A stretch of 64,000 bases of DNA. Origin: Protoeuglena noctilucae. Taxonomy: Eukaryota. Every line of letters starts with the position of its first letter. The first letter of the stretch is position 1. Of the stretch, positions 49,701-61,738 are shown in pieces. The notes under the pieces are model-generated. The model was not told the origin of the DNA, did no database searches, and was given only the letters and a program-made list of their open reading frames with translations. Position numbers and translations under genes: made by a program. The stretch is taken from NCBI GenBank assembly GCA_958009085.1, contig OY253671.1:992001-1056000 (forward strand), read 5' to 3'.

Positions 49701-51385
49701 GGCGTCAACGTGCCCCACGTGGGTGGCGTCGTGCACGTCGGAGCGCCACGCAGCCTCGAGGAGTATGTCCAGCAGGTCGGGCGCGCGGGGCGGTCAGGGT
49801 CCGAGGAACACTGCTGGCTCCTCCTGTCAGGTGACCGGGCAAAGGGTGCCGAGCTGAGAGGACGAGAGGGTGCCTGCATGGCTGCGACGACAAGTCTCGA
49901 AAGCAGCCGCCCTCTGCAGACCCCGACTTCGTCCTCCTGCGCTCGCTGGCCTTCTCGGACGGCGCCGACGCTGCGTCTGTGCGTGGGGTCCTCGAGGCCA
50001 TCTTGCGTCCCGAGGGGCGGCGTGCGAGCGCCGGCTCCGTCCGGGTGCTCCCGGTCGAGAAGCTCTGCCCGAAACTCGACGTCAAGGCCGAGGTGGTCGA
50101 GACGCTGCTGTCCTTCCTTGAAGCCACGCCCGCGGCCGGTTACGCGCCCGACGCGACGGGCCCCCTGGCGCGGGTGCTTCCCGGGTGCTCTGAACGTGTC
50201 GACGTCTCCTTCTACGTGGCGCCGCGTGAGGTGGCGGCGGAGAGCGAGGTGGCGCGGGCGGTGCTCGAGTGCTCTCGCCGGGCGTCCGGGGGGCGCTTCT
50301 CGTGCGGCATGGCGGACCTCTGTGCTGCGCTGGGGTGCGACCCCGTCGAGGTCGTGCGTGGCCTGGCGGAGCTGGCCGGGGTGCTGCCGGGCGGGAGCGG
50401 GGAGGCCGAGGGGCGGCTGCGCTTTGAGATGGCCGGCGGCGAGGCCCTGGCGTGCCAGGTGGCAGAGGGCGTGGGGCCCCTGTCCGACGTCGCCATGGAG
50501 CGTCTGGCACGCGATCTGCACCGGCGGCTGCAGGACGTCGAGACGGGCAAGGTCGCCCGCATGGACGCCGTGTACCGAGTGAGTCAGGCCCGCTGGGATG
50601 GTGCGGGACGGGGTGATGGCAGGCGCACCTGCAGTGAGCGATGGTGAGATCGGTGTAACGGTGATCCTCTGCTGGACGCGCAGGTCATGGCGGCGGCGGC
50701 CGACGCAGGCGACCCGTCTGCCGCGGAGGCGCTGCTTCGCCGCGAGATTGATCAGTACTTCGAGCGGCGGATGGGCGACGAGTCGCTGGTATCCGAAGCG
50801 GTGGCCGGCATGTCTCTGCCCGTTTGCTCTAAGAGCAGGTGAGAAACGAGGGGGGGGATGGAGGACAGGCCGCACCCGTACCAATCCTTCAATTCGATGC
50901 CTTGGGACGTTGGGAGCGCGCGCATGGGTCCCTGCGCTTCTCGCCCACCTATCGCCGCGCCTCTCGCTCTGTCGCGCAGGCTGCTGGCGGCAGATGCGGC
51001 GGTGGTGATCCAGTGGGTGGTGGCGGGCAACGGGGCCGCGCACCGCGACCACGAGGCATGGCGGCGGCCAGAGGCCGGGGGAGGTGCACGGAGTGGTAGG
51101 GGGAAGCGGGCCGACAGAGAGTCGCCGAGTGAGGGAGCGGATGATGATGATGGGGAGGAAGACGGAGACGGGGATTTGCCGCAGTGGCTGACGGCCCGGG
51201 TGGTGGCACGAGCGATGCATGGCCTGGCGAGCCCGGCGTTTGCACCCGCGGTGTGGAGCCGTGCTCCCGGGTGGGGCACCAGGCGTGACGTGGACTTTGA
51301 CGCGGCCATGCGCGCGGCGCAGGTTGCGATCGAAGCCGCGCGGGGTCGCAAGCGTGCGAGGGTGGCAAACAACCTGGCAGCCTGA
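46767..51385 (+). CDS. RECQL4: RecQ4-type DNA helicase (Sld2-like N-terminus, SAP domain, CCHC knuckle)
   Basis: [91 protein letters not shown]-terminus [13 protein letters not shown]...W. Confidence 0.92.
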
Positions 51386-51752
51386 GTGGGGTTGAACTGG
51401 ATTCAAGGAGCAGCACCTGCGCCCACGTTCTGGCATCGGCGCGCGTTTCCCTTGAGCGCAACAGAGCCGCTGACGAAGGTCCTCCCCGCCAGAGTGACCC
51501 AGCGCGTTGCACGCGCTTGATGGGGTCGGCGCGCCTCTCGCATGCGATACTGATCCGTGTCATCTGCGCAACAGCCGCGTCTGCGGCGCCTCCTGTCATG
51601 TTGGCGCGCCGCCTGGGCGCCTAGATGGGCATGGGCACGCCGGCGCTCGCACCGGCCCGGCGCTGGAGCGGATGGGTGCGGGGACGACCGCAGTTGTCTC
51701 TTAGTCATGGTAAGGAATGGGTGTGATCCCGGCCGTCTGATTCGCGCGGCTT

Positions 51753-53531
51753 ATGGCTCGGACGCATGCACTTTCGGGGGGAATGTTGGCCTCCCCGTTG
51801 CGTAAGCTCCTCCGTCCTTTTCTGCCCACCGTCACGTCGCAACAGCACTGTCTCACTTTCATCACAGGACGGGGAGCCGGAGGACGCGGGAAGGGCGCGC
51901 CCGCGCCCCCGCGGGTGTCGCGTCGGTCCCCCGATCCACAGGAGGCGTCGCCGTCCTCGAGCGGCTCGCCCATCCTGTCGGGGGATTACCCAGCTGGGTT
52001 TCCGGGCACCGTCCCCTATCCTCCAGGCGGGACGTCCGGTGCGTCGAGGCGTGGCGCGGGCAGAGACATGCGCATCGCGCGCGTTTCTTCGCTCCCTGCG
52101 CCAACGCGAGCCCTGTCCCTCGCTGCAGGCGCGTCGCGGGTGAATATCAACGTGGAGGACTTCCCTGTGGCCCTGCGCAAGGAGTGCGTGCTCTTCTACG
52201 CTCCAGAGACGGAGCGGCTGGCGAGGAAGATAGCTGCCCTGTCCCCGTCGGGTGAGGCGGGGCCGACGCCGACGCCTCGCGGAGCACGCACCCGTGCGCA
52301 GGCGATCGACTGCCGCTCGCGACTTCTCGCAGTGAGCCTGGGCGACATCTGCTGGGCCAAATTCTCGGATGGATTCCCGAACTTGTTTGTGAACGACGCT
52401 CTCGAGGTCCGCAACAAGCACGTGGCCTTCCTGGCGTCCTTCCACCACCCCGCCGTCATCTTCGAGCAGCTCTCCATCATCTACGCTCTGCCCAAGCTCT
52501 TCGTCTCCAGCTTCACCCTCGTGCTGCCCTTCTTCCCCACGGGGACCGCAGAGCGCATGGAGGTGGGGGACGGGACGATCTGGATGCGCGCACCTCGCAC
52601 TGCGGCTCGCGCGCGTGGCATCTGCCCCACCCTTGGTCCCGCAGAACGAGGGCGACGTGGCCACGGCCTTCACCCTGGCGCGCATCCTCTCCAACATCCC
52701 CCTGTCCCGCGGCGGGCCGACGTCCGTGGTCATCTTCGACATCCACGCCCTGCAGGAGCGCTTCTACTTTGGCGACACGGGTGCGCGCTGCGGTCACCAG
52801 CATGCGCCAGTGCGCGCCGCAGGGCACGAGGGTGCAGGGTCGTCACTGACACGTCTCCTCCCTCTCCCCACGCTCTCCAGTGCTTCCACTGTTCGAGTCC
52901 GGCATCCCCCTCCTTCGCCAGCGACTGCGGTCGATGCCAGAGTCAGGGCCCTACGCCATCGCCTACCCGGACGAGGGCGCGTGGAAGCGCTTCCACTCCC
53001 TCTTCGGGGACTACCCCGAGATCATCTGCACGAAGGCGAGCGCAGCGCCGGCGCCTGGCTCGAAAGCAGATGGGGCGCACGGCCGCGAAGGCTTCCTCGC
53101 GAGAGGCGCAGGTCCGGGACGGGGACAAGCGCATCGTGCGATTGAAGGAGGGGGACCCGACGGGCCGACACGTCGTGATCGTGGATGATCTGATTCAGTC
53201 GGGATCGACCATCATCGAGTGCCAGAAGCTCCTCAAGGCCCTGGGCGCACGGCAGGTGTCCGCCTACGCGACCCACGGCGTCTTCCCCAAGGTGCGGATC
53301 GGGGATGCGAGGCGAGCGGAAGCGCCTTACGCGTATCTGCGGCTGAGCGATCCTTCCGCGCGTCCGCAGCGGTCGTGGGAGCGCTTCAAAAGCACGGAGG
53401 AGGACGGGGATGGCTTTTCGTACGTGTGGATCACCGATTCGGTCAGCTTCACTGCAGAGGCTGTGGAAGGAAAAAAACCGTTCGAGGTCTTGTCGCTGGC
53501 GAGGGTCATCGCCGACACGCTGCAGATTTAG
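51753..53531 (+). CDS. PRS: Class II PRPP synthetase, copy A, with N-terminal transit-peptide-like extension
   Basis: [69 protein letters not shown]. Plant PRS3/PRS4 type. Confidence 0.93.
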   Translation: MARTHALSGGMLASPLRKLLRPFLPTVTSQQHCLTFITGRGAGGRGKGAPAPPRVSRRSPDPQEASPSSSGSPILSGDYPAGFPGTVPYPPGGTSGASRRGAGRDMRIARVSSLPAPTRALSLAAGASRVNINVEDFPVALRKECVLFYAPETERLARKIAALSPSGEAGPTPTPRGARTRAQAIDCRSRLLAVSLGDICWAKFSDGFPNLFVNDALEVRNKHVAFLASFHHPAVIFEQLSIIYALPKLFVSSFTLVLPFFPTGTAERMEVGDGTIWMRAPRTAARARGICPTLGPAERGRRGHGLHPGAHPLQHPPVPRRADVRGHLRHPRPAGALLLWRHGCALRSPACASARRRARGCRVVTDTSPPSPHALQCFHCSSPASPSFASDCGRCQSQGPTPSPTRTRARGSASTPSSGTTPRSSARRRAQRRRLARKQMGRTAAKASSREAQVRDGDKRIVRLKEGDPTGRHVVIVDDLIQSGSTIIECQKLLKALGARQVSAYATHGVFPKVRIGDARRAEAPYAYLRLSDPSARPQRSWERFKSTEEDGDGFSYVWITDSVSFTAEAVEGKKPFEVLSLARVIADTLQI

Positions 53532-56500
53532 GGGGCTGACACAGGCAGCCTGCGTGCCGCACGCCGATCGCGGGCAGACGAGGCCGGGCGTCCGATAGCG
53601 GCGCGCATTAAAGACGATGATCGTTCAAATGTGAAGGATTCGAGCCCAGATTCCGCGCTACTGAAGTGGAGAGGCCGCGCGACTGAGCCACCACAACTTA
53701 GTCTTCGCACTCGCCGTCCGCTGTCCACGGTGAGTCCCACAGCGCAACGTTTTGCAGGTGCGCTGCTCCTATGCTTAACTCTCACTTGGCGGCCCGCGAT
53801 GCCAGACAGCGACCTTCCTCGGACGCGGCGGCTCGTGACGGTGTTCACGCTCTGCGCCGCCCCCGGGACCTGGCCGGCGCACGGACCCGGCTGGAGAATA
53901 CCGCAGGATCGCGTGCATGTCATTCCTTGTCTTCTGAAGATGCCGCATCGCCCTTTCATCGCTCCCAGGATCTGTGCCGACCATGGCACACAAGGGCCCA
54001 CCGGGAGACCCCGCGGCGCATGCCGATGCGGCCCACCTCCACTCCGGTGAGAAGCACGCTAAAATACAAACCTTCTTCACGCTTGGCTGCCCACCACGGA
54101 GCCCGGGTCATCCTCGTGGCTGCACCTCCCTGTTCCTTCTGCCTTGCAGCCATGTCGCGCGTCAATCTCAAGGCGGAGGATTTCCCGGAGGTCCTTCGCA
54201 AGGACTGCATGCTATTTTACGCCCCGGAGATGGAAGGCCTGGCGCGGAAGATCGCTGCAGTTTCGCCTTCCGGTGCGGTGCTGCAAACTTCACTGGCCCC
54301 GCCGCCGCCGGCGCTTCACCGCCGATTCCGCGAGCGCTTTCACCTGCCTGCAGTTCGGTTGAGCAATATTCGCTGGGCCAAATTCGAGAGCGAGTTCCCC
54401 AACCTGTTCGTGGAGGACGCATTAGAAGTACGCAACAAGCACGTGGCCTTCCTGGCGTCCTTCCACCACCCCGCCGTCATCTTCGAGCAGCTCTCCATCA
54501 TCTACGCCCTCCCGCGCCTCTTCGTCGCCAGCTTCACCCTCGTGCTGCCCTTCTTCCCCACGGGGACCATGGAGCGAATGGAGGTGGGCGGGGCCAGGGG
54601 CCTGCTGCTGCCTCGCAGCCCTCGTGGCTGTGGCACGACAGCTGCGCGGAGAGTCGAGGCACCTGGCAGCGGCGCCGTCAAGGGGGCTTTCAGACTGCGA
54701 CACCGACACGCACGTTGCTCTGGATCGCAGAACGAGGGCGACGTGGCCACGGCCTTCACCCTGGCGCGCATCCTCTCCAACATCCCCCTGTCCCGCGGCG
54801 GGCCGACGTCCGTGGTCATCTTCGACATCCACGCCCTGCAGGAGCGCTTCTACTTTGGCGACACGGGTGCGCGCTGCGGTCACCAGCATGCGCCAGTGCG
54901 CGCCGCAGGGCACGAGGGTGCAGGGTCGTCACTGACACGTCTCCTCCCTCTCCCCACGCTCTCCAGTGCTTCCACTGTTCGAGTCCGGCATCCCCCTCCT
55001 TCGCCAGCGACTGCGGTCGATGCCAGAGTCAGGGCCCTACGCCATCGCCTACCCGGACGAGGGCGCGTGGAAGCGCTTCCACTCCCTCTTCGGGGACTAC
55101 CCCGAGATCATCTGCACGAAGGCGAGCGCAGCGCCGGCGCCTGGCTCGAAAGCAGATGGGGCGCACGGCCGCGAAGGCTTCCTCGCGAGAGGCGCAGGTC
55201 CGGGACGGGGACAAGCGCATCGTGCGATTGAAGGAGGGGGACCCGACGGGCCGACACGTCGTGATCGTGGATGATCTGATTCAGTCGGGATCGACCATCA
55301 TCGAGTGCCAGAAGCTCCTCAAGGCCCTGGGCGCACGGCAGGTGTCCGCCTACGCGACCCACGGCGTCTTCCCCAAGGTGCGGATCGGGGATGCGAGGCG
55401 AGCGGAAGCGCCTTACGCGTATCTGCGGCTGAGCGATCCTTCCGCGCGTCCGCAGCGGTCGTGGGAGCGCTTCAAAAGCACGGAGGAGGACGGGGATGGC
55501 TTTTCGTACGTGTGGATCACCGATTCGGTCAGCTTCACTGCAGAGGCTGTGGAAGGAAAAAAACCGTTCGAGGTCTTGTCGCTGGCGAGGGTCATCGCCG
55601 ACACGCTGCAGATTTAGGGGGCTGACACAGGCAGCCTGCGTGCCGCACGCCGATCGCGGGCAGACGAGGCCGGGCGTCCGATAGCGGCGCGCATTAAAGA
55701 CGATGATCGTTCAAATGTGAAGGATTCGAGCCCAGATTCCGCGCTACTGAAGTGGAGAGGCCGCGCGACTGAGCCACCACAACTTAGTCTTCGCACTCGC
55801 CGTCCGCTGTCCACGGTGAGTCCCACAGCGCAACGTTTTGCAGGTGCGCTGCTCCTATGCTTAACTCTCACTTGGCGGCCCGCGATGCCAGACAGCGACC
55901 TTCCTCGGACGCGGCGGCTCGTGACGGTGTTCACGCTCTGCGCCGCCCCCGGGACCTGGCCGGCGCACGGACCCGGCTGGAGAATACCGCAGGATCGCGT
56001 GCATGTCATTCCTTGTCTTCTGAAGATGCCGCATCGCCCTTTCATCGCTCCCAGGATCTGTGCCGACCATGGCACACAAGGGCCCACCGGGAGACCCCGC
56101 GGCGCATGCCGATGCGGCCCACCTCCACTCCGGTGAGAAGCACGCTAAAATACAAACCTTCTTCACGCTTGGCTGCCCACCACGGAGCCCGGGTCATCCT
56201 CGTGGCTGCACCTCCCTGTTCCTTCTGCCTTGCAGCCATGTCGCGCGTCAATCTCAAGGCGGAGGATTTCCCGGAGGTCCTTCGCAAGGACTGCATGCTA
56301 TTTTACGCCCCGGAGATGGAAGGCCTGGCGCGGAAGATCGCTGCAGTTTCGCCTTCCGGTGCGGTGCTGCAAACTTCACTGGCCCCGCCGCCGCCGGCGC
56401 TTCACCGCCGATTCCGCGAGCGCTTTCACCTGCCTGCAGTTCGGTTGAGCAATATTCGCTGGGCCAAATTCGAGAGCGAGTTCCCCAACCTGTTCGTGGA

Positions 56501-56943
56501 GGACGCATTAGAAGTACGCAACAAGCACGTGGCCTTCCTGGCGTCCTTCCACCACCCCGCCGTCATCTTCGAGCAGCTCTCCATCATCTACGCCCTCCCG
56601 CGCCTCTTCGTCGCCAGCTTCACCCTCGTGCTGCCCTTCTTCCCCACGGGGACCATGGAGCGAATGGAGGTGGGCGGGGCCAGGGGCCTGCTGCTGCCTC
56701 GCAGCCCTCGTGGCTGTGGCACGACAGCTGCGCGGAGAGTCGAGGCACCTGGCAGCGGCGCCGTCAAGGGGGCTTTCAGACTGCGACACCGACACGCACG
56801 TTGCTCTGGATCGCAGAACGAGGGCGACGTGGCCACGGCCTTCACCCTGGCGCGCATCCTCTCCAACATCCCCCTGTCCCGCGGCGGGCCGACGTCCGTG
56901 GTCATCTTCGACATCCACGCCCTGCAGGAGCGCTTCTACTTTG
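52640..56943 (+). repeat. Tandem segmental duplication, period 2086 bp (52640-54857 = 54726-56943)
   Basis: The sequence and the ORF track repeat with a +2086 offset. Identity breaks at 52639/54725 and 54858/56944. Confidence 0.95.
54152..55617 (+). CDS. PRS: Class II PRPP synthetase, copy B (chimera: 5' from copy C, 3' from copy A)
   Basis: Start [19 protein letters not shown] is identical to copy C. From the NEGDVATAF exon onward it is identical to copy A. Confidence 0.85.
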
Positions 56944-57746
56944 ACGACACGGGTGCGTGCTGCGGGCGCTAGCACGCGCCAACGCGCGCCACAGGGCACC
57001 GGGGTGCAGGGTCATCGCTAACATGTCTTTCTCTCTCTCTACTTTCTTCAGTGCTTCCTCTCTTTGTTTCTGGCGTGCCCCTGCTCCGTCACCGCCTGCG
57101 CCTCCTCCCTGACAGCGACCGCCTGGCCATCGTGTACCCTGACGAGGGTGCTTGGAAGCGCTTCCACACCATGTTCACCGACTTCCCCGAGATCATCTGC
57201 ACCAAGGCGAGCGGTCATGCGGCGCGCTCGAGGGCGGCGCATGTCGAGGGCTGGCAGCTGCAAGGTGGGCGAGGTGCGAAGTTTGACTCTGACCCGCGGT
57301 TCCTGAAGCGCAGGTGCGTGAGGGCAACAAGCGCATCGTGCGGCTCAAGGAGGGGGACCCCAATGGCCTCCACGTGGTGATTGTGGACGACCTCATCAAC
57401 ACAGGCGGCACCATCATCGAGTGCCAGAAACTGCTCAAGGCCCACGGAGCCAAGCACGTCTCCGCCTACGCCACGCACGGGGTGTTTCCGCAGGCGAGGT
57501 CTCGCGGCACGCTGGCATGGGCAGCCTTGCGGTGCGCATGTGTGCAGGCGCTGACAGACCGTCGGGCTTCCTTGTGCCCCGCAGCGGTCGTGGGAGCGTT
57601 TCAAGAGCGAGGATGAGAACGGAGACGGGTTCTCGTACGTCTGGATCACGGACTCGGTCAGCACCACGGCAAGCGTGCTGGAAGGCCGCAAGCCCTTTGA
57701 GGTCCTCACCCTCGCGCAAGTCATCGCCGACACACTGCAGATCTAA
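56238..57746 (+). CDS. PRS: Class II PRPP synthetase, copy C, no transit peptide
   Basis: Same exon structure as copy A with a divergent 3' half ([25 protein letters not shown]). Ends LQI* (TAA). Confidence 0.92.
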
Positions 57747-58066
57747 GTCGCTCCGGCAAGCAGGCGCCGAGGGCGCTGCGCTGAGGTGCCGTCGGCGAGC
57801 GACTGGTGGGCGCGCGACTGCTCTCTTTAAGCATCAAACTAACCGTATCAGCCGCGGGCGAGGTTAGAGTAGGGAAACGGTGCCACCGTCAAGGGTGCAA
57901 ACCCGGCGTGATGACGCGACGTCATCAGTGCGATAGTATCTAATGCTCAGGAGGTATGCAGGGTCCGTGACGCCTTGCCACTCTGCACTGCTGTGCTGCC
58001 ACTAAGAGCGGACGCTGGCCGAAGACCGCACCGCCGTAAGCTCAGAAAGGCTGCGGCAATCTCGGC

Positions 58067-60448
58067 TCAGTAGATGTACGGGAACATGGAGTACTTCACG
58101 ATGCTGCAGTACTTGTCCCAGTCCTTTCCGTACTTGGCCTGCGCCACAAGCGACACTCATGTGCAGGTCACGCCTGCTGCCTGCGCATGCGCATCATGGG
58201 CCCAAAGCCGCGGCCGCGCCAGCGCCGGTCCGTCCGTGCACTACAAAGATCGCGCCGTCACCTTGCAGCTCTGGTAGTCGCGCATGTCGCGGTGCAGTAA
58301 CAGCGCGAGGAAGTAGGCCGCATAGAAGTACGTGACGGGGGTGGCAAAGCCCGTGGGCAGGCACCAGGCCAGCCCCATCAGCCTGGGTGGTGGCGGAGAG
58401 GGGAAGAGTCGTCTGCGCTGACGCATCCTCACGTGCCAGAGCACCAGCGGTGCTTGAAACTCACCAGTCGCCCGTGTAGTTGATGTGCCGCGCCACGCCC
58501 CACCAGCCGGAGACGATCAGCTTGGTCCCCCGGGCCGTCTCGAGCGTGCGCAGGTGCTTCACTGCGGGAGCGAGGCCAAGCACAGCGCAGTGTTGAGGGC
58601 TTGCCCGGGTGGGATGCGTGCGCAACGGTTGGTCCAACCCTGTCATCCACACGCACCTTTGGGGCTGTTGGGGTCGCGCCGGAAAGCGTCCTTCTGGCTG
58701 TTGCTGCCGCGGAACGTGACGTAACCGAGGACCTTGAGGGCCACGATGGCCGCGATGGCGATGCGCCCGAGGGGCACGGGGTTGAAGGCCAGGAAGCGCG
58801 CCTGCGTGGAGTAGGTGAACGGCACCCACGCCAGGTCCCCGAACGCCAGCATGAACCCAAAGCCGTCCGTGGTGATGTCCATGGTGGTGAGGATGGCCGG
58901 CTCGTTGCTGTAGGCGTCGTACACGTACAGGAGCTGGAAGGCGTTCACCAGGAGCATCGAGGCAGTGACTGCGGGGGAGGACGGCGAGGATGCATACAAG
59001 CGCGGGGCAGGCACTGTTAAGAGCGCTGACAACCGATGCTGGACGCCGCTCGCTTAGCCAGGCACCCATAACGCTCGCTCCCTCCCTCGCAGCGGCGCTT
59101 AGGAGCCTAAACGCATGCGCTCACGCACCTTGCGAGGAGCGCTGGTACTGTCGCACCAGCATGCAGAGGTTGAGGACTGCCCACGCTGTGAGGCCGGGGT
59201 AGAGCTCGCACCACTCCTTCAGGTCGAGCTGGCCCAGGCGCGGGTTGAGCTCGCGGCCCATGAAGAAGTCGTAGATGAAGTACCCGCGGGCGCCGTGGCA
59301 CAGCATGGCGCCGGGGCGGAAGGACGTAGCGTAGAGGCAGGCTGCGGGGGCAACAGGGATTGCTGGCCTTGGGCGAGCAGAATTTCCGAGCAGATGCCGC
59401 CCGTGACAGACATGGGTGGTGCGCGACGTGCGCCACGAGCGGCACTGCGGGCAGCGCACCCGCAAGCGCGAAGCAGATGACGATGGTGGCAGTCGCGAGC
59501 TCGGCAAAGTGCTCGGCGACCCATCCGAGGTTAAGTACGGTCGCGGCGGGGTTCCAGATGCTGTGCGCCGCCGCGAGAAGCGCGAGGCCGTACGTGACGA
59601 AGAAGCAGAGCTGGGCGTTGACGCGGTAGGTGAGCCGCGACCCGTCGGGGAGCTTGGTGCCTTCGACGAGCCGTGCGGGGAGAGCGAAGTGGAGGAAGAG
59701 CATGAAGCCGAGGTACCCCAGGACGACCGCGAAGCCCCGCAGCGTGAAGGACTTGGTAATGATGGACAGGCTCATCTGGGGGCGAAGAGCCAAGGCGCGT
59801 GTCGCAGCTGGGACGCATGGCGGCGCGAAGCCCCGCGACTCCGCCTCCATCAGCCATGCCAACCCCTGAAGCGGCAAGTATAGTGCGCGCAGGCGCGGGC
59901 GCGCACCTCGGGGATGTGCAGAGGCGACAGGGTGAGGCAGTCATGCTGCGGGGAGGGAGGGACGTGGATCCGCGACCAGCACGCGTCCATAGGCGGCATC
60001 GTGGTTACCAGACAATCAAGCTTTAGCTGTCTTAAACGCCGGCGGCCGATCACAGGGCCGGGGTGCGCGCGCGAGCAAGCACGATGCCGACCCAGCTGGT
60101 TGGCATCCAGGCGTTGTGTACGGGCCAGCTCGACGGGGGCTTCGCGCCTCGCGATGGCCGCGCGTGGGATTTGGCCCTCACCTCATTGCACGCCATGTAG
60201 AGCAGATGGACCACCAGGGGGAGAAACACGACCATGGCGGTCGGGCCCACGTAGGGCCTGCGGGGCGCGGGGCGAGCGCGCCGGTCCACGCTTCGGCGCA
60301 CCGGCGATCGCCGCTCTATCTCCAAGCTCTAGACATCGCGGGTAAAGACGCGGTCTTTCGGTGCCGCGCACCGCCCGCGTCCCAGGCCTGGGTTCCGCCC
60401 TCACCCGAAGAACTCGAAGTCCTCCGATGTCTCTCCCTGTTTTCCCAT
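58067..60448 (-). CDS. ERG24: Delta(14)-sterol reductase (ERG24/FACKEL/LBR family)
   Basis: [88 protein letters not shown]...PYIY*. Confidence 0.93.
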
Positions 60449-60628
60449 GGTTCGCGCGATGTGATGTCAAAGATTGGACAGGATGCATGATGCAGCTGGA
60501 AGTCAAGAGCAGAGGCGGACGCCAGGGAGGGAGGGCAATTCGCATGTGGGCCAGCCGTGATCTCACTCCAGCACCCAAGCTTCATTGGATGGCAGGGTAA
60601 GATCAAGTTTTGTGCTGCAAGTCCTTGT

Positions 60629-61465
60629 TCACAGGCGCTCCAGTTCGGCCTCGGCCAAGGCCAGGAGAGCCTCGGGGGTGTCGCTGCGCCGCGCCAGGGC
60701 CCTCGCAAGCAGGGTGGCAAACAGCTCTCGGACGCCCTGCCCCGTCAGGGCGCTCGTCTCGAAGTGGGGGCACCCCAGCTTGGTCGCGAACCGCCTCCCG
60801 TCCGCCTCGCCCACCTCCCGCGCCCCGCTGTCGGCCTTGTTCCCCGCGACCAGCACGACAGGGGCGGGCTCCCCGCTGCCGTAGTGCTCCAGCTCGTCCA
60901 CCCACCAGGACAGCCGCTGGAACGTCGCACGGCACGTCGAGTCGTACACGATTACGACCGCTCCTGCCCCCGCGTAGAGCTCCCTCCGCACGTCCGCGTA
61001 CTCCTGCGCACCCGCCATGTCCCTGCAAGCCCGGCGTGTGCAGATCCAGCGGCCACAGTGGCGGTCACACTGAAAGCAGATCCCAAAGCCCTATGATGTG
61101 GAATCCAGGCCAGTGAAGGGGCAGGCTTTGTGTGGCACTCTGCTGCACGCACCAGAGGCCCAAGTGGACCTCGTGCTCCCCCAGGGTGACCTTGTGCGCA
61201 GCGAAGTCCACCCCGACAGTCTCCATGGACTTGTCGTGCCAGCCCTCCTCCCCGCAACAGAATCTGCACGCATGACGGGGCACGAGTTGGCGCGTAAAGC
61301 GCGAGCTCAAAGCTGAGCGAGCTGTTGCGCATCCCCGCTGCATTACCCGTTCACCCGTTCCCACCTGCGAATTAGGGCGGACTTGCCGCTTTTCTCAGGC
61401 CCGACAAACACGACCTTTACGCGAATTCGCGCCTCCTGCTGGGCCTCGCGCACGGCCCGGCTCAT
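60629..61465 (-). CDS. RJL: Rab-like small GTPase, RJL family
   Basis: G1 GPEKSGKS, G2 TVGVDF, G3 DMAGAQEYADVRRELY (no WDTAGQ), G4 GNKAD, G5 FETSA. No C-terminal Cys prenylation motif. Confidence 0.75.
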
Positions 61466-61738
61466 GGATGATCCACGCCACGCCTTCCTCAGCAAGCGCA
61501 CCGAGCGACATGGACGTCAGATGGACGCAGGGGGCGGCATCGGGCCCCTACGTGCGCGGTCGGGAGGCCGGTGTGACCTACTGACACTCACAGTCCTGGC
61601 TTCTCAGCGATCCACTGGTCCAAGCTATGCACTCATTGGCAAAACCAAAAAACTTTCGCCCACCTGCATCTATAGGCTGTGACCAATCTGACGCCGCTAG
61701 ATAAAGCTTTGCCCCCTCGCGACACGTCATCACGCTGC

